64,000 nucleotides of DNA from Candidatus Moraniibacteriota bacterium (GCA_037137555.1 JBAXKA010000002.1:3133-67132); one strand, 5' to 3'. Shown: positions 28,987-39,258, numbered from the stretch's first letter. Made by a program: numbers and translations. Notes: a model not told the origin generated them from the letters alone.

Positions 28987-29762
28987 AGCTTTCAATTATT
29001 ATTGTGAATTATCAGAGCCGAGCTTATTTGGAAAAATGCTTGGCTTCTATTTTTGCGAAAATTAATCTTACTTCGTCCTATGAAATTATTGTGGTCAATA
29101 ACGACATAAAAAGCGAACTTGATGGTTTGAATATTTTATTTCCCACTATAAAAATTATTCAGAACTCTAAAAATAATGGTTTTGGTAGTGCCAATAATCT
29201 TGGAGCAAAAGAGGCGCGAGGCGAAGTTTTATTATTTCTTAATCCCGACACGGAAATTATTACGCAAAATATTTCAAGTGTGTTGGCGGAATTTGAAAAT
29301 AATCAAGCACTGGGAATCTTAGGTTCTCGTATTATAACGACTGATGGAATGGTGCAAAGCTGGATTGCAGGAGCAAAAATAGATCTCTTGAGTGTTTTGG
29401 GTAATAATTTTAAAAAAACAAAAAACAAGCAATGCTGGCAAAACACAAAACAAACAGAAGTGTTTTGGGTGGCAGGAACAGCGATGTTTATCACTGAGAA
29501 ACTTTTTGGGCAACTTGGTGGCTTTGATGAAAAATTTTTTATGTATTTTGAAGATGTTGATCTTTGTAATCGAGCGCAGGCATTGAATAAAAAAGTGATT
29601 TATTTTCCAGATTTTTCTGTGTTGCATCACAGCGGAAAAAGTTTTTTGGCTAAAAAAAAGCAAAAAAAATGCTATTATCTTTCGCAGGATTATTATTTCA
29701 GAAAACATTTGGGTTTTTTTCAAGCAACGCTTTTAAAGCTATTGAGATTTTTTAGTTTTTGA
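28974..29762 (+). CDS. family 2 glycosyltransferase
   Basis: 'SIIIVNYQS', 'NGFGSANNLGA', 'LFLNPDTEI'. Confidence 0.85.
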   Translation: MRKIKLSIIIVNYQSRAYLEKCLASIFAKINLTSSYEIIVVNNDIKSELDGLNILFPTIKIIQNSKNNGFGSANNLGAKEARGEVLLFLNPDTEIITQNISSVLAEFENNQALGILGSRIITTDGMVQSWIAGAKIDLLSVLGNNFKKTKNKQCWQNTKQTEVFWVAGTAMFITEKLFGQLGGFDEKFFMYFEDVDLCNRAQALNKKVIYFPDFSVLHHSGKSFLAKKKQKKCYYLSQDYYFRKHLGFFQATLLKLLRFFSF

Positions 29763-31036
29763 TTTTTAATAAAATGTTGATTAAATTATTTTTTATTTTT
29801 TGTGCCTATTTACCATTTCAATTAGCACTAAATCCTAGTGCTGGTGTGGATATGGCAAGTGCTCGCGTTTTTATTCTCGTGTTATTTTTTGCGTGGTTGG
29901 CGGAAAAATTAAAGCAAAAAAAACTAGTGGTGCAAAACAATAAAACAAATTTTTTTCTAATAAGCTTTCTTTTTTTGAATCTTTTTTCTATAGTTGTTTC
30001 GCAAAACAGTGATTGGTCAGTGCGAAAGTTATTATTTTTATTTTCTGTTTTTCCGCTTTATTTTGTGGCATCAAACATAATCAAGACAAAAGCGCAGATG
30101 ACAAAAGCGCTTAAAATTTTAGTTTGGAGTGGTTTTTTTGTGGCAATATTGGGAATAATTCAATTTATTTCGCAGTTTATTTTTGGATTAAATGCGACAT
30201 ATCAATTTTGGGCAAATTATATTTCGCCAGTATTTTTAGGTGCGAATGTGACTGAAGCAGTCTTAAAAAATCCCAGTTGGCTGGTGAATATTTCCGGAGC
30301 GACTTATTTGCGATCAATCGCAACTTTTCCCGATCCACATATGTTGTCGTTTTTCTTGGGCATGCTTTTGCCTTTTGCTTTGGGACTTTTTTGGAAATTT
30401 AAAACTAAAATTTATTTAATTATTTTCTGCACGATGCTGGTGGCGGATTTACTGACTTTTTCTCGCGGGGGTTATCTTGGCTTGTTTGCCGGAATTTTAG
30501 TCACTATTTTTTTAGTATTAAATAAATTAAAAAAAGAAAATAAATTAAAAATTTTCTTGGCCAGTCTTGCGCTAGCTAGTTTTTTAATAATTCCGGGACC
30601 AATTTCTGAAAGATTTTTTTCTAGTTTTAATTTTAGCGAAGGTTCTAATCAAGGAAGAATTGAAACTTGGAAAAAAGCGATTGAAATTATTATTAACCAT
30701 CCGGCTTTCGGTGTGGGCATTGGTAATTACGCGCTGGAAATTAGTGCTACTGCCAATTATCGCGATCCAATTTATGCCCATAGCAATTATTTGGATATTG
30801 CGGCAGAAACTGGATTGTTGAATCTTTTTTTGTGGCTAGGCTTTCTTGGCTCTGTATTTTTTATGTTTTTGAAAAAAGCAAAAGATAGTTTATTTTTCTG
30901 TGCTAGTATTAGCATAATAATCTTTATGGCACATTCAGTCGTGGAAACCTCAATTTATTCACCAGTAGTTTTGCCATTATTTTTAATTATTGCCAGTTTT
31001 AATCATTTAACACAGCTTGATGAAAAAAATATTTAA
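29759..31036 (+). CDS. O-antigen ligase/polymerase-like (Wzy_C) membrane protein
   Basis: Polytopic protein. 'SRGGYLGLFAGILV' and 'AHSNYLDIAAETGLL' match the Wzy_C signature. Confidence 0.7.
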   Translation: MIFNKMLIKLFFIFCAYLPFQLALNPSAGVDMASARVFILVLFFAWLAEKLKQKKLVVQNNKTNFFLISFLFLNLFSIVVSQNSDWSVRKLLFLFSVFPLYFVASNIIKTKAQMTKALKILVWSGFFVAILGIIQFISQFIFGLNATYQFWANYISPVFLGANVTEAVLKNPSWLVNISGATYLRSIATFPDPHMLSFFLGMLLPFALGLFWKFKTKIYLIIFCTMLVADLLTFSRGGYLGLFAGILVTIFLVLNKLKKENKLKIFLASLALASFLIIPGPISERFFSSFNFSEGSNQGRIETWKKAIEIIINHPAFGVGIGNYALEISATANYRDPIYAHSNYLDIAAETGLLNLFLWLGFLGSVFFMFLKKAKDSLFFCASISIIIFMAHSVVETSIYSPVVLPLFLIIASFNHLTQLDEKNI

Positions 31037-32183
31037 GCTAGAGAATTTAATTTATTTAACTATTTTTGCTTTGCCGACTTATCTTTTGCGGTTTAATTTA
31101 GGTGGTTTGCCTGTGAATATGTTAGATTGTTTGCTTTTTATGTCTGTTCTTCTCGGGCTAGTTATTTATCGCAAAAAAATACAAGCTAAGTTGTTTTTTG
31201 AAAAAAATAAATTAATCTTTTTTTCTGTCAGCTTAATTTTTCTGGGCTTAATACTTTCGGTTTTAATTAATAAGAATTATGCTTTAAGTCTGGGAATAAT
31301 CAAGAGCTGGTTTGTTTTGCCAGTTTTGTTTGCTTTAATTGTGCGTTGTTTGCCGGGAGAAGCTAAATTTAAAAATATTTTTTGGGCATATTATTTAAGT
31401 GCTTTTTTTGTGGCATCAATTTCGCTTGTCTATTATTTTTCAGGCTTTATAACTTATGATCTGCGACTGCAAGGGTTTTATAATTCTCCAAATTATTTGG
31501 CGATGTATTTGGCACCAGCAATTTTTGTGGGTTATTATTTATTCTCAGAAGTCAAAATAAAAACAAAAGCTAAGTTATTAAGCTTGTTTTTTAATTTAAT
31601 TATTCTTTTTGCTTTATATTTAACTTATTCCTATGCTAGTTGGCTAGCAATTTTAATTGCGTTTGGTTTTGTTTTGTTGCTGGAAAAAAAACTAAACTGG
31701 AAAAAAAGCTTGTTTGTCGCCTTCTTTGCGCTGATGTTGTTTTTTTCTCAGCTAGAAAATAATAAATTTTTTAATCTCATGAATTTCAATGGTCGCTCAT
31801 CTTTTTCTTCGCGAATAATGATTTGGCAGTCGGCCGAAAAAATAGGGAAAGATAATTGGTTTTTAGGCATTGGCATTGGCAATTTTCAAGAAAAATATCT
31901 AGCTTATCAAAAATATTTTCCAACTTATTTGGAATGGGACGTGCCTCATCCACATAATTTATATTTGGCATTTTGGCTTTATGGTGGAGTTTTCGGCTTG
32001 GCTGGTTTTCTAGGTTTAATTTATATTTGGTTTTCTGGTATTGTAAAAGCCAAAATAAATCCCAGCCTAAGATTTATGGTGCTGGGAATTATGTTCTATA
32101 TTTTATTGCATGGCCTAGTGGACACAACTTATTTTAAAAATGATTTGGCTGTGATTTTTTGGCTTTTATTCTCCTTGCTTTAA
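31017..32183 (+). CDS. O-antigen ligase/polymerase-like (Wzy_C) membrane protein, paralog
   Basis: Polytopic protein. 'HPHNLYLAFWLYGGVFGL' matches the Wzy_C-type motif. Confidence 0.65.
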   Translation: MMKKIFKLENLIYLTIFALPTYLLRFNLGGLPVNMLDCLLFMSVLLGLVIYRKKIQAKLFFEKNKLIFFSVSLIFLGLILSVLINKNYALSLGIIKSWFVLPVLFALIVRCLPGEAKFKNIFWAYYLSAFFVASISLVYYFSGFITYDLRLQGFYNSPNYLAMYLAPAIFVGYYLFSEVKIKTKAKLLSLFFNLIILFALYLTYSYASWLAILIAFGFVLLLEKKLNWKKSLFVAFFALMLFFSQLENNKFFNLMNFNGRSSFSSRIMIWQSAEKIGKDNWFLGIGIGNFQEKYLAYQKYFPTYLEWDVPHPHNLYLAFWLYGGVFGLAGFLGLIYIWFSGIVKAKINPSLRFMVLGIMFYILLHGLVDTTYFKNDLAVIFWLLFSLL

Positions 32184-32189
32184 GCTTTT

Positions 32190-33341
32190 TTAAAGCGTTA
32201 TTTTGTATAGCTTGCCGTCTGTGCGATTAGTAAAAAATAAAAGACTTTCATTGGCGTTAAGAAAAAGTTTTGTGGCATCATATTTGCTGGTGATTTTATT
32301 TAGATCTACAATGCGACTTTTTTCTCCTGTGGTGGTATCTATTTTCCAAAAAGTATCGGCTGTATGAAATTTTTCTTGATCATAATCATTAGGCATGATC
32401 GCAGAAGCAGGAATTTCTCCTGGCAGAGCACAATAAAGCGCTTTATTATTTGCCAACCAAACACATTTTGAAACAAGTGTCGGCAAATCAAGATTGTGAA
32501 ATTCCCCACCATTGGAATTAACAACGGAAAGTTGAATTTTTGTGCCACCTTTGACATCGCTATGACTAACCAGCGCTAGACTTCCATCATTGTTCCAGAG
32601 ATAATTAGCCCCAAAGACGCCTTTTAAAATAATTTTTTCTTCCCCGCCAATTATCGGAGCAGACTTGAAAGCGGTTTCAGAAAAAGCATCTGGTTTATTC
32701 CAAAAAGAAACGAGACTGCTTTTTGGAATTTGAGCGATGGAAATATCCCGAAAAGTAATATCGGCCAGCTTTATCCAATTAGTTCCATCTGGATCAGAAA
32801 TATTAAGTGTTGTTTTTTTGCTAGCCGAGTCAGAATATTTATAGAAAATACGATTATTGCTATCTTGCCAGGCAACTTCATCAACATTATTTTTTAGTGA
32901 AAAATTAGTTAGATCAGTGTAATTGTAATAATAAAGACTAGCTAATCCGGCACGGACGAATTTCGTGATCACTTTGTTTTTATCCGGCGACCACGAAACA
33001 AAAGTAAGTCCAAGCAATTCTTTGTCAGAAAAAGTTCTTTTATTATTGCCATTAAAATCAATTTGATAAACTCGCCCACTATTTTTAGCATAATATTTTA
33101 TGGCTTCTGTTCCATTGGCAAGCGTTGGTGCAAGCACAGCCTCATCTGAAAGCGCCACAATCGCTTCAGTGCTAATTTTTGGCTGAACAGTTGGTAGGAT
33201 AACTACCGGTGCTTCTTTTTTTGGTGTTAGCGGAATTTCTTCGGCTGGAGATTTAAAGGCTAAATTATAAATACCAAAAAATAAAAGAGCAACGCAAAAA
33301 AGCGTGAGAGAAATAAAAAAGATTTTTTTATTTAGTGACAT
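32190..33341 (-). CDS. membrane-anchored exported hypothetical protein
   Basis: N-terminal TM/signal followed by a 340-aa hydrophilic domain. It is the last gene of the minus-strand secretion island. Confidence 0.5.
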   Translation of the reverse strand: MSLNKKIFFISLTLFCVALLFFGIYNLAFKSPAEEIPLTPKKEAPVVILPTVQPKISTEAIVALSDEAVLAPTLANGTEAIKYYAKNSGRVYQIDFNGNNKRTFSDKELLGLTFVSWSPDKNKVITKFVRAGLASLYYYNYTDLTNFSLKNNVDEVAWQDSNNRIFYKYSDSASKKTTLNISDPDGTNWIKLADITFRDISIAQIPKSSLVSFWNKPDAFSETAFKSAPIIGGEEKIILKGVFGANYLWNNDGSLALVSHSDVKGGTKIQLSVVNSNGGEFHNLDLPTLVSKCVWLANNKALYCALPGEIPASAIMPNDYDQEKFHTADTFWKIDTTTGEKSRIVDLNKITSKYDATKLFLNANESLLFFTNRTDGKLYKITL

Positions 33342-33350
33342 AAAACAAAA

Positions 33351-34298
33351 TTAATTATTTTGGCATTTTGTGGTGCTGACATGAATATGATTATATGATA
33401 CTGCTTCATCTTTCCAATATCCAGCCCCAGAATTTTTAGCGGCGGTAATGATGTTGTCAGCGGTCAGTCCTGTTGCAGTAGAAACATCAATTGCTTCAGA
33501 TTTTCCACCAACAGTCCCACCATAATGGCAAGAACTTTTTTTATGATGACAACACTCCGTGCTTGAATCATTAGTGCATTGTTTCCAAGTTGGGTTGTTT
33601 CTGTAACAGTCTACCCCACCACCATTATTATCAGAAACTGAATTGATCATCATTTTATCTCCAAGTAGATTCTTCATTTTTAACATTAATTCTTGCAATT
33701 CAGGAGAGGCATCGTTGCATTGAGCCTTAATGCTAGTTGTTTGAAATTTGAAATCTTCACACTTGAAAGTTGTTGTTGTTGGCGTTGTTGTGGTTGGTAA
33801 TACTCCAGTGGAAGAGCTTGTTGTGGTGCAAGAGAAAGTATGCCAATCTGTTTTTTCAATGCCAAGATCTGTTTTTGCTGAAAATAATGTGATAATAATT
33901 GTGTTAACAATAAGCCAAGCACCCAACATTAAAGCGAAGCCAATCAAAACAGCCCCAACAATGTCTTTGGCTTGTTTGGTGAGTGTTGGGTTACCGGAAG
34001 AAACAATATAAATTATACCTGCAATGGAGATTGCAGTAATAGAAAGAGGAATTAATAAAGTATTCATTGCCCAATCGAGGATGCTCTGAATACCAACAAT
34101 TAAATGACAAAGTGTGCAGGGATCGGTAGTAGTAATTCCACAAGAAACAATACCAGCACTTGCAATTCTTGGCAGAGCAAAGAGAAAAATAAAAATACTA
34201 AAAAATAAAAAGACAAATTTATTGAGGCTAATTTTTTTAAACATAATATTTTTTTTAGGTTTTTTAACTATTTTGGAAAAGTTTTTCCGTTGGGACAA
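33351..34298 (-). CDS. pilin-like (TrbC/VirB2-type helical hairpin) protein fused to a Thr-rich linker and a Cys-rich LAS/M15-like peptidase-like domain
   Basis: Signal/TM, then 'AISIAGIIYIVSSGNPTLTKQAKDIVGAVLIGFALMLGAWLIV', paralogous to the hairpin in 34732..35622. The C-terminus has 'SCHYGG...SEAIDV' and 'NHIHVS' (H...D, HxH). Confidence 0.5.
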   Translation of the reverse strand: MSQRKNFSKIVKKPKKNIMFKKISLNKFVFLFFSIFIFLFALPRIASAGIVSCGITTTDPCTLCHLIVGIQSILDWAMNTLLIPLSITAISIAGIIYIVSSGNPTLTKQAKDIVGAVLIGFALMLGAWLIVNTIIITLFSAKTDLGIEKTDWHTFSCTTTSSSTGVLPTTTTPTTTTFKCEDFKFQTTSIKAQCNDASPELQELMLKMKNLLGDKMMINSVSDNNGGGVDCYRNNPTWKQCTNDSSTECCHHKKSSCHYGGTVGGKSEAIDVSTATGLTADNIITAAKNSGAGYWKDEAVSYNHIHVSTTKCQNN

Positions 34299-34708
34299 AA
34301 ACTGAGACGATAATTTATTCCGGAGGCATTTTCATTCACATCAAATGGCACACCCAGAGAAACTTTTAATTTACAGGCATCTGCTTGGCTTATATTTAAG
34401 GTGGTTAATAAATCTTTTTCTGCCATGTCTCTGGCTAATTGAATATCAGTATTAAGTATAGCAATAATAAATCCCTGATCTTGCGGATAGTAATCAATGG
34501 AGTAATTAGCATTTTCTTTAAAATTGACACCACTCAATGAAAGCGGTTTTTTATTTGGAAGCGTGGCGGGATTGATAATAGAAACTTTTCCTGTTGGTGT
34601 TTTGATGGTTAGCTGGTTGCTATTTTTTGAAAAAATAAAATAAAAAATTAAAATTAATAATAATCCGCCAAACGAGATAAACAAAATTTTAGCTGTTTTT
34701 GTGTGCAT
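34268..34708 (-). CDS. small exported hypothetical protein
   Basis: N-terminal TM/signal, 146 aa, inside the island. Confidence 0.45.
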   Translation of the reverse strand: MHTKTAKILFISFGGLLLILIFYFIFSKNSNQLTIKTPTGKVSIINPATLPNKKPLSLSGVNFKENANYSIDYYPQDQGFIIAILNTDIQLARDMAEKDLLTTLNISQADACKLKVSLGVPFDVNENASGINYRLSFCPNGKTFPK

Positions 34709-34731
34709 ATTGTTTTTTTAAAAAAAAATGA

Positions 34732-35622
34732 TTATTTGGGAAATCCGCACTTACTATTTGCTCCCCATGGCCCCCATTTTGCTCCATTATTAGAAAGCTT
34801 ACAGGCTGTTTGAATATTGCAAGCAGCGGTTGTGGCAGCGGTTACGCAACTTGCATAATTTGATTTTTGAGTACAATTATGATTAGCATTCTTACCGCCA
34901 GTATACATTGGTGCTGCGGCAGAAGTGGCACAGGTTGTTGTTGGACAGGAACTGCCACTAAGATTATGAGCAGAAAGATTTATTTGAAATAAACCAAGAG
35001 AAACAGGAAAATTATCAGGTTGACATTTGTCTCCACTTTGCTTGCTTTCTTTTCCAGAGCTTTCTCCCATACAAATCGCCGAAGCCATTGCAGCATTGTC
35101 ACCAAAGCAAGTTTTTCTAAGATTTTCAATAGAGCATGGTCCGGAAGCGGCTGGTTCGCATTTTCCTGTTCCGCTAGTGCTGCCACTGCCACTCCCGCTC
35201 CCACTACTTCCACCGGTGCTTCCACCACTACTGCTTTGTGGCAACGAAATACCTACAATATTAACCAATTCAGGATTGATAGTATAAAGAAGCACATACG
35301 AAGTGAGTGCAAGGATTAAGCCAGCAATAGCATCAAAAATAATTCCTTTAGCTTTTCCTGTGGCACTGGTATTTCCGGCACTGGTAATATACATAAAAGC
35401 ACCAACAGAAATCATCAACATCGCCGAGATGCCAACTGTCCACAAACCAAATTTATAAATTGTTAAAATATATAACTCATAGGAATCCGGCCGACCAAAT
35501 CCAGGAATTTCTTCCATTGGGGAATACTTATAAGCATCCACTGCTAATACTAAAAGAGGACTAAAAAGCAACACAAAGAAAAGTGCGATGGTTGCGATTT
35601 TTTGTTTTAGTTTAAAATTCAT
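34732..35622 (-). CDS. pilin-like (TrbC/VirB2-type helical hairpin) protein fused to a Gly/Ser linker and a Cys-rich lysozyme-like/lytic-transglycosylase-like domain
   Basis: 'MISVGAFMYITSAGNTSATGKAKGIIFDAIAGLILALTSYVLLY' hairpin. The C-terminus has 'MGESSG....VSLGLFQIN', resembling the SLT ES...GLMQI motifs. Confidence 0.5.
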   Translation of the reverse strand: MNFKLKQKIATIALFFVLLFSPLLVLAVDAYKYSPMEEIPGFGRPDSYELYILTIYKFGLWTVGISAMLMISVGAFMYITSAGNTSATGKAKGIIFDAIAGLILALTSYVLLYTINPELVNIVGISLPQSSSGGSTGGSSGSGSGSGSTSGTGKCEPAASGPCSIENLRKTCFGDNAAMASAICMGESSGKESKQSGDKCQPDNFPVSLGLFQINLSAHNLSGSSCPTTTCATSAAAPMYTGGKNANHNCTQKSNYASCVTAATTAACNIQTACKLSNNGAKWGPWGANSKCGFPK

Positions 35623-38581
35623 TGGTGTTTGTTTTGGGTAAAATAAAAAAAATAATTTTTATGGCAAGAATAATGGCGAAGCCGGAAAGAACAATGCGGA
35701 AAAGAAAAGCGATATAGTTGGGAATGCCGGAAGAAACAGTGGCAAAAATTTTCTTGGAAGAAGTTTCTTTTTGAGCTAGTGGAGCAATATCCGTCATTTC
35801 AATTTCAATATTGTGTGTCAGCTTCTTCTCATAGAATTCATTATAACTGATATTCCAATATTTGTTAAGTTGTTTTCTTATGGGATTTTCTGCTTTATAG
35901 ATAGTGGCAAAAGAAATAAGATATTTTTCGCCACTTTCTTTGGGCGGAAGGGTTAATTTTCCATAATTTTGTGTGTCGATTTTATAGCCATAAGTTGTGG
36001 CATTGTCGGCATTAATGATTACGCCGTCAATATTCCATTGATAGGGACAAGTAGATAGCCCATCTTCCTTGTCGGCATCACCATCATTATTATCACCATT
36101 AGTAAATTCTTTTTTTGCCGCTGTTCCTGAAAAATCTGGAGTTAGAACGATATCATAGCCCACTAAGGCTTGAAATTTTATTTCACTGCGATCTTCATAG
36201 TATTTGTTATCAAAATCCTGGTAGTCGCCTAGTTTAATGCCCCTGCAAGTTTGATTGCCGGAAGCATCTTTATTGTCAGTGTCCGTGGCTTTTGTGCTAT
36301 CATATTTTGGCACAATTTTTACTTCAGGAACGGTAATCTGAAAAACTTTTGTTAATTCAATTCTTTTGCCGGTTTCTTTATTGAGTGCGGACAACCCGAT
36401 CGTATATTTGTCGCCGATACCTTTGAGAATTGGAAAATAAGTGCGGTTTGTGGATTTTCCAATGTTGTCAGTAGTAGTAGTGCCATCATCAATGCATTTT
36501 TCGAATTGTTGATCTGGGCAAACTTGAGTAGCGCCATCGAGCGTCCAAAGAAACTCAGTGTATTTTTCTGTGCCAGTATTATCAAAAACTACTCCAATCA
36601 TTTCATCTTTTGCGACTTCGCAAACAGCTGCTTGTGGAAATGTTAAAGTAATTTTTCCGTCAGCGTCTTTCGTTGGAAGTGTAGTGAGGCATCTTTCTCC
36701 CGCTAGTTCGCCATCGTAGGTGCTTTCGGCTGATGGTTTTGGTGCTAGGTAAATAATTTCTGGTTCATTCGGATCTTTCGTTTTATATACTGCTGTGGCT
36801 GTATAAACCCTGAGTGTTTCCGTGGAAGAAGATATTGACAGTGTTACATCGGCATGTCCTTCTCGTTCACCACCTTCCGAAAGTGTTTCCTTGGCGGTTA
36901 CTTTTATTTTAAGATATTTTGGCAGTTTGTCTGTAGTTGTGATATCTTCAAAATCATCATCCTTAAAATTAAGATTAAATTTAAGCGTAGTTACGCCTAG
37001 TCCGGACATTTGCGTGGCGCTAATATCTTTTGGTATTTCTTTAAGTGCTATCCAATTGTCTGGATCAGCTGGATCTTCGCCAGCAAAAATTTCCCAAGTA
37101 TAATTAAGGGCATTTTCATTGGTGGGATTAGTTGTCGACGAGGTGAAAGTTACTTCATCACCGTTTTTGCTGTCGCTTGTATCATTGATGGGATTTTCTG
37201 GCAAATATTTCAGTGAGACATCTAGTTTTTCAGTTGTGCCACCACCTTCGGAAGGAGAAACAAGATTGCTTTCAAGGCAAGCATTTAAATCATTATCATC
37301 CATGCCTGTTGATCTGATTGTTATATTAGTATCGGAGCCTGTGCAGGTATATGTGGCACCGTCTTCATTTATTGTTCCGCCCTGAGTATATGTGCTTGTT
37401 GGGCAGGTTGAAGTATAATTGAATAAATCTGGTGGAATGATGGTGGTTATGAGCGTGGCCGGGTTAGTGTAGGACACAACGGTTTTAGTGATGGTCATTG
37501 TTCGGAGCATAATATTGTCATTGATTTTTGTGTCAGGAAGGGTTTTTTGCGTGGTAGTAGTTGTAACAGTGGAAGTATAGTTTGTTTCTGAGTGTTGGGT
37601 TGGTGGTGTTCCGTCTGTGTGCGTGTTTAGAAAAACTTGTGTTGTTGGACCAATTATTTTTGGATAACCAGTAGAAGGATCCATGTCCTTTGGTTCGCAA
37701 GTATTTTTGCTAAATGCCCACATTGTTCTGTATGATGAATCTGGCTCTTGGGTTGGTTGAATGGCGGCACCTTCCACAACAACACCAACTTGATCTCCAG
37801 CCGTAAAAGGAAAAGTGATTGTGTTTGCACCGAGTCCGGCAACATTAGCTTCGTCAGTATTTCCAGTGCTGGCAGTATCTTTGTTATTGGGATTAGTATG
37901 CCAAAACTGTTCTTCACTAAGACTAAATTTACCATTCGATCCGCCAGTTGTATCTCCGGGTGCATTAGGAAAAAGATGCTTGCACTCTTTTAGTTCATAG
38001 TCATCACCAGTTTTAACATTGTGCACAAAACAGTGCTCTGGTTTTCCTCGTTGATCATCACCACCAAAAACTGCTTTATAACCATCATCATCAGTATCTG
38101 CTTTATACACATCTGCTGGCGGTTGCCAAACAAAATCATCATTAGCGAGAATGCGGGCGGCTCTAACTTTATAATCTTCGATATCAACTTTGCCATTACC
38201 ATCTGAATCACATTTCGCTTTGTCCTCAGGGCAAGCGGCACCTTTAATATACCAAGTAAAATAAAGATTTTCAGTGGTGTTGATGAAATAGGTTGGCATG
38301 GCAGTGACGGTGACTTTTTCTCCCGGGACGGGATCAGCAGGATCGAAGGTGAGTGAAACCATTGGAGGATTTATTTTTCTCCTCGCAACATTAATGGTTT
38401 TCATGGTGTTTTTTAACTCATTTTTATCAACACCCAGATCGCTCATAACTGAATCTGTTACTTCGGTAGGATTTGCTAGTGAAAAAAGAGCAGCATAGGC
38501 AGGTAAGGCTGTAAGTGAGAAAATATTTAAAATAACCAAGCAGGTGATGATTATTTTTTTTAATTTTTTTTTAATTTTCAT
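35612..38581 (-). CDS. large (989 aa) Thr-rich surface protein with signal peptide and C-terminal TM anchor
   Basis: N-terminal 'LTALPAYA' signal, a Ca-binding-like 'DSDGNGKVDIEDYK', long Thr/Asn-rich segments and a C-terminal hydrophobic anchor. Confidence 0.6.
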   Translation of the reverse strand: MKIKKKLKKIIITCLVILNIFSLTALPAYAALFSLANPTEVTDSVMSDLGVDKNELKNTMKTINVARRKINPPMVSLTFDPADPVPGEKVTVTAMPTYFINTTENLYFTWYIKGAACPEDKAKCDSDGNGKVDIEDYKVRAARILANDDFVWQPPADVYKADTDDDGYKAVFGGDDQRGKPEHCFVHNVKTGDDYELKECKHLFPNAPGDTTGGSNGKFSLSEEQFWHTNPNNKDTASTGNTDEANVAGLGANTITFPFTAGDQVGVVVEGAAIQPTQEPDSSYRTMWAFSKNTCEPKDMDPSTGYPKIIGPTTQVFLNTHTDGTPPTQHSETNYTSTVTTTTTQKTLPDTKINDNIMLRTMTITKTVVSYTNPATLITTIIPPDLFNYTSTCPTSTYTQGGTINEDGATYTCTGSDTNITIRSTGMDDNDLNACLESNLVSPSEGGGTTEKLDVSLKYLPENPINDTSDSKNGDEVTFTSSTTNPTNENALNYTWEIFAGEDPADPDNWIALKEIPKDISATQMSGLGVTTLKFNLNFKDDDFEDITTTDKLPKYLKIKVTAKETLSEGGEREGHADVTLSISSSTETLRVYTATAVYKTKDPNEPEIIYLAPKPSAESTYDGELAGERCLTTLPTKDADGKITLTFPQAAVCEVAKDEMIGVVFDNTGTEKYTEFLWTLDGATQVCPDQQFEKCIDDGTTTTDNIGKSTNRTYFPILKGIGDKYTIGLSALNKETGKRIELTKVFQITVPEVKIVPKYDSTKATDTDNKDASGNQTCRGIKLGDYQDFDNKYYEDRSEIKFQALVGYDIVLTPDFSGTAAKKEFTNGDNNDGDADKEDGLSTCPYQWNIDGVIINADNATTYGYKIDTQNYGKLTLPPKESGEKYLISFATIYKAENPIRKQLNKYWNISYNEFYEKKLTHNIEIEMTDIAPLAQKETSSKKIFATVSSGIPNYIAFLFRIVLSGFAIILAIKIIFFILPKTNTNEF

Positions 38582-39249
38582 CGCGTAAGATAAATAATAT
38601 AACTATCCAAAATTATTATAGCAAAAATACTCATAAAATACGAATAGAAAAATGATTTTGTTTTGTAGGCGAGAAATCCGGCTGTGACGGAAAGCAAAAT
38701 GAAGGGAGCGGATTGCCAAGAAAAAGCATTTGTGAGAAAAAGTGTAGCAAGAAATAAGCTTGTTTGAGCGGAAATTGCCAAAGAAGCTATTTTTTTTTGA
38801 AAAAGTGAAAGAATAAAACCTTGAAAAAAATAACTAAAAATAAAAATACTTAAATTGACAATAAATAATTCATAAACTAAAAATAACCAGAAATTGTTTT
38901 TGATATAATTTGGCAAAACATAAACAGTATTGAAATCTGTATAATTAAGCATTAAATAAAAAAGCAAAAGAGTGAAGAAAAAAGTGCCTATTCCCCAGAT
39001 CAAGCCAATTGATTTATTTTTTAGATTCCAGCCAAAATCAGCCAGCTTTTTTTGGAGAATGATTTTTGTGTAAGCCACTGGCAGAAGAATAAGAAAAAAT
39101 AAATTAGCCGTTATTTTTTGGGCGGAATTTTGGGTGGGAAAAACAAGACTAAAAAAAAGGCAAAGGGCAATCACGCCAAGACTAACCAAAAATTCTCGGT
39201 CAAGCCAAGAAAGTTTTTGTTTTTTTTGTGGGTAGATTGGTTGATACAT
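38578..39249 (-). CDS. polytopic membrane protein, hypothetical
   Basis: About 6 TM helices, inside the island. Confidence 0.45.
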   Translation of the reverse strand: MYQPIYPQKKQKLSWLDREFLVSLGVIALCLFFSLVFPTQNSAQKITANLFFLILLPVAYTKIILQKKLADFGWNLKNKSIGLIWGIGTFFFTLLLFYLMLNYTDFNTVYVLPNYIKNNFWLFLVYELFIVNLSIFIFSYFFQGFILSLFQKKIASLAISAQTSLFLATLFLTNAFSWQSAPFILLSVTAGFLAYKTKSFFYSYFMSIFAIIILDSYIIYLTR

Positions 39250-39258
39250 GTGGTTTTT

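Noticed and set aside
35027-35287. Plus-strand ORF encoding a 'PLPLPLPLL' Pro/Leu-rich peptide, with a neighbouring ORF at 35020..35319
   Set aside because: It is antisense to the Gly/Ser-rich linker of the pilin-lysozyme fusion gene, and the low-complexity mirror translation is an artefact of that repeat.
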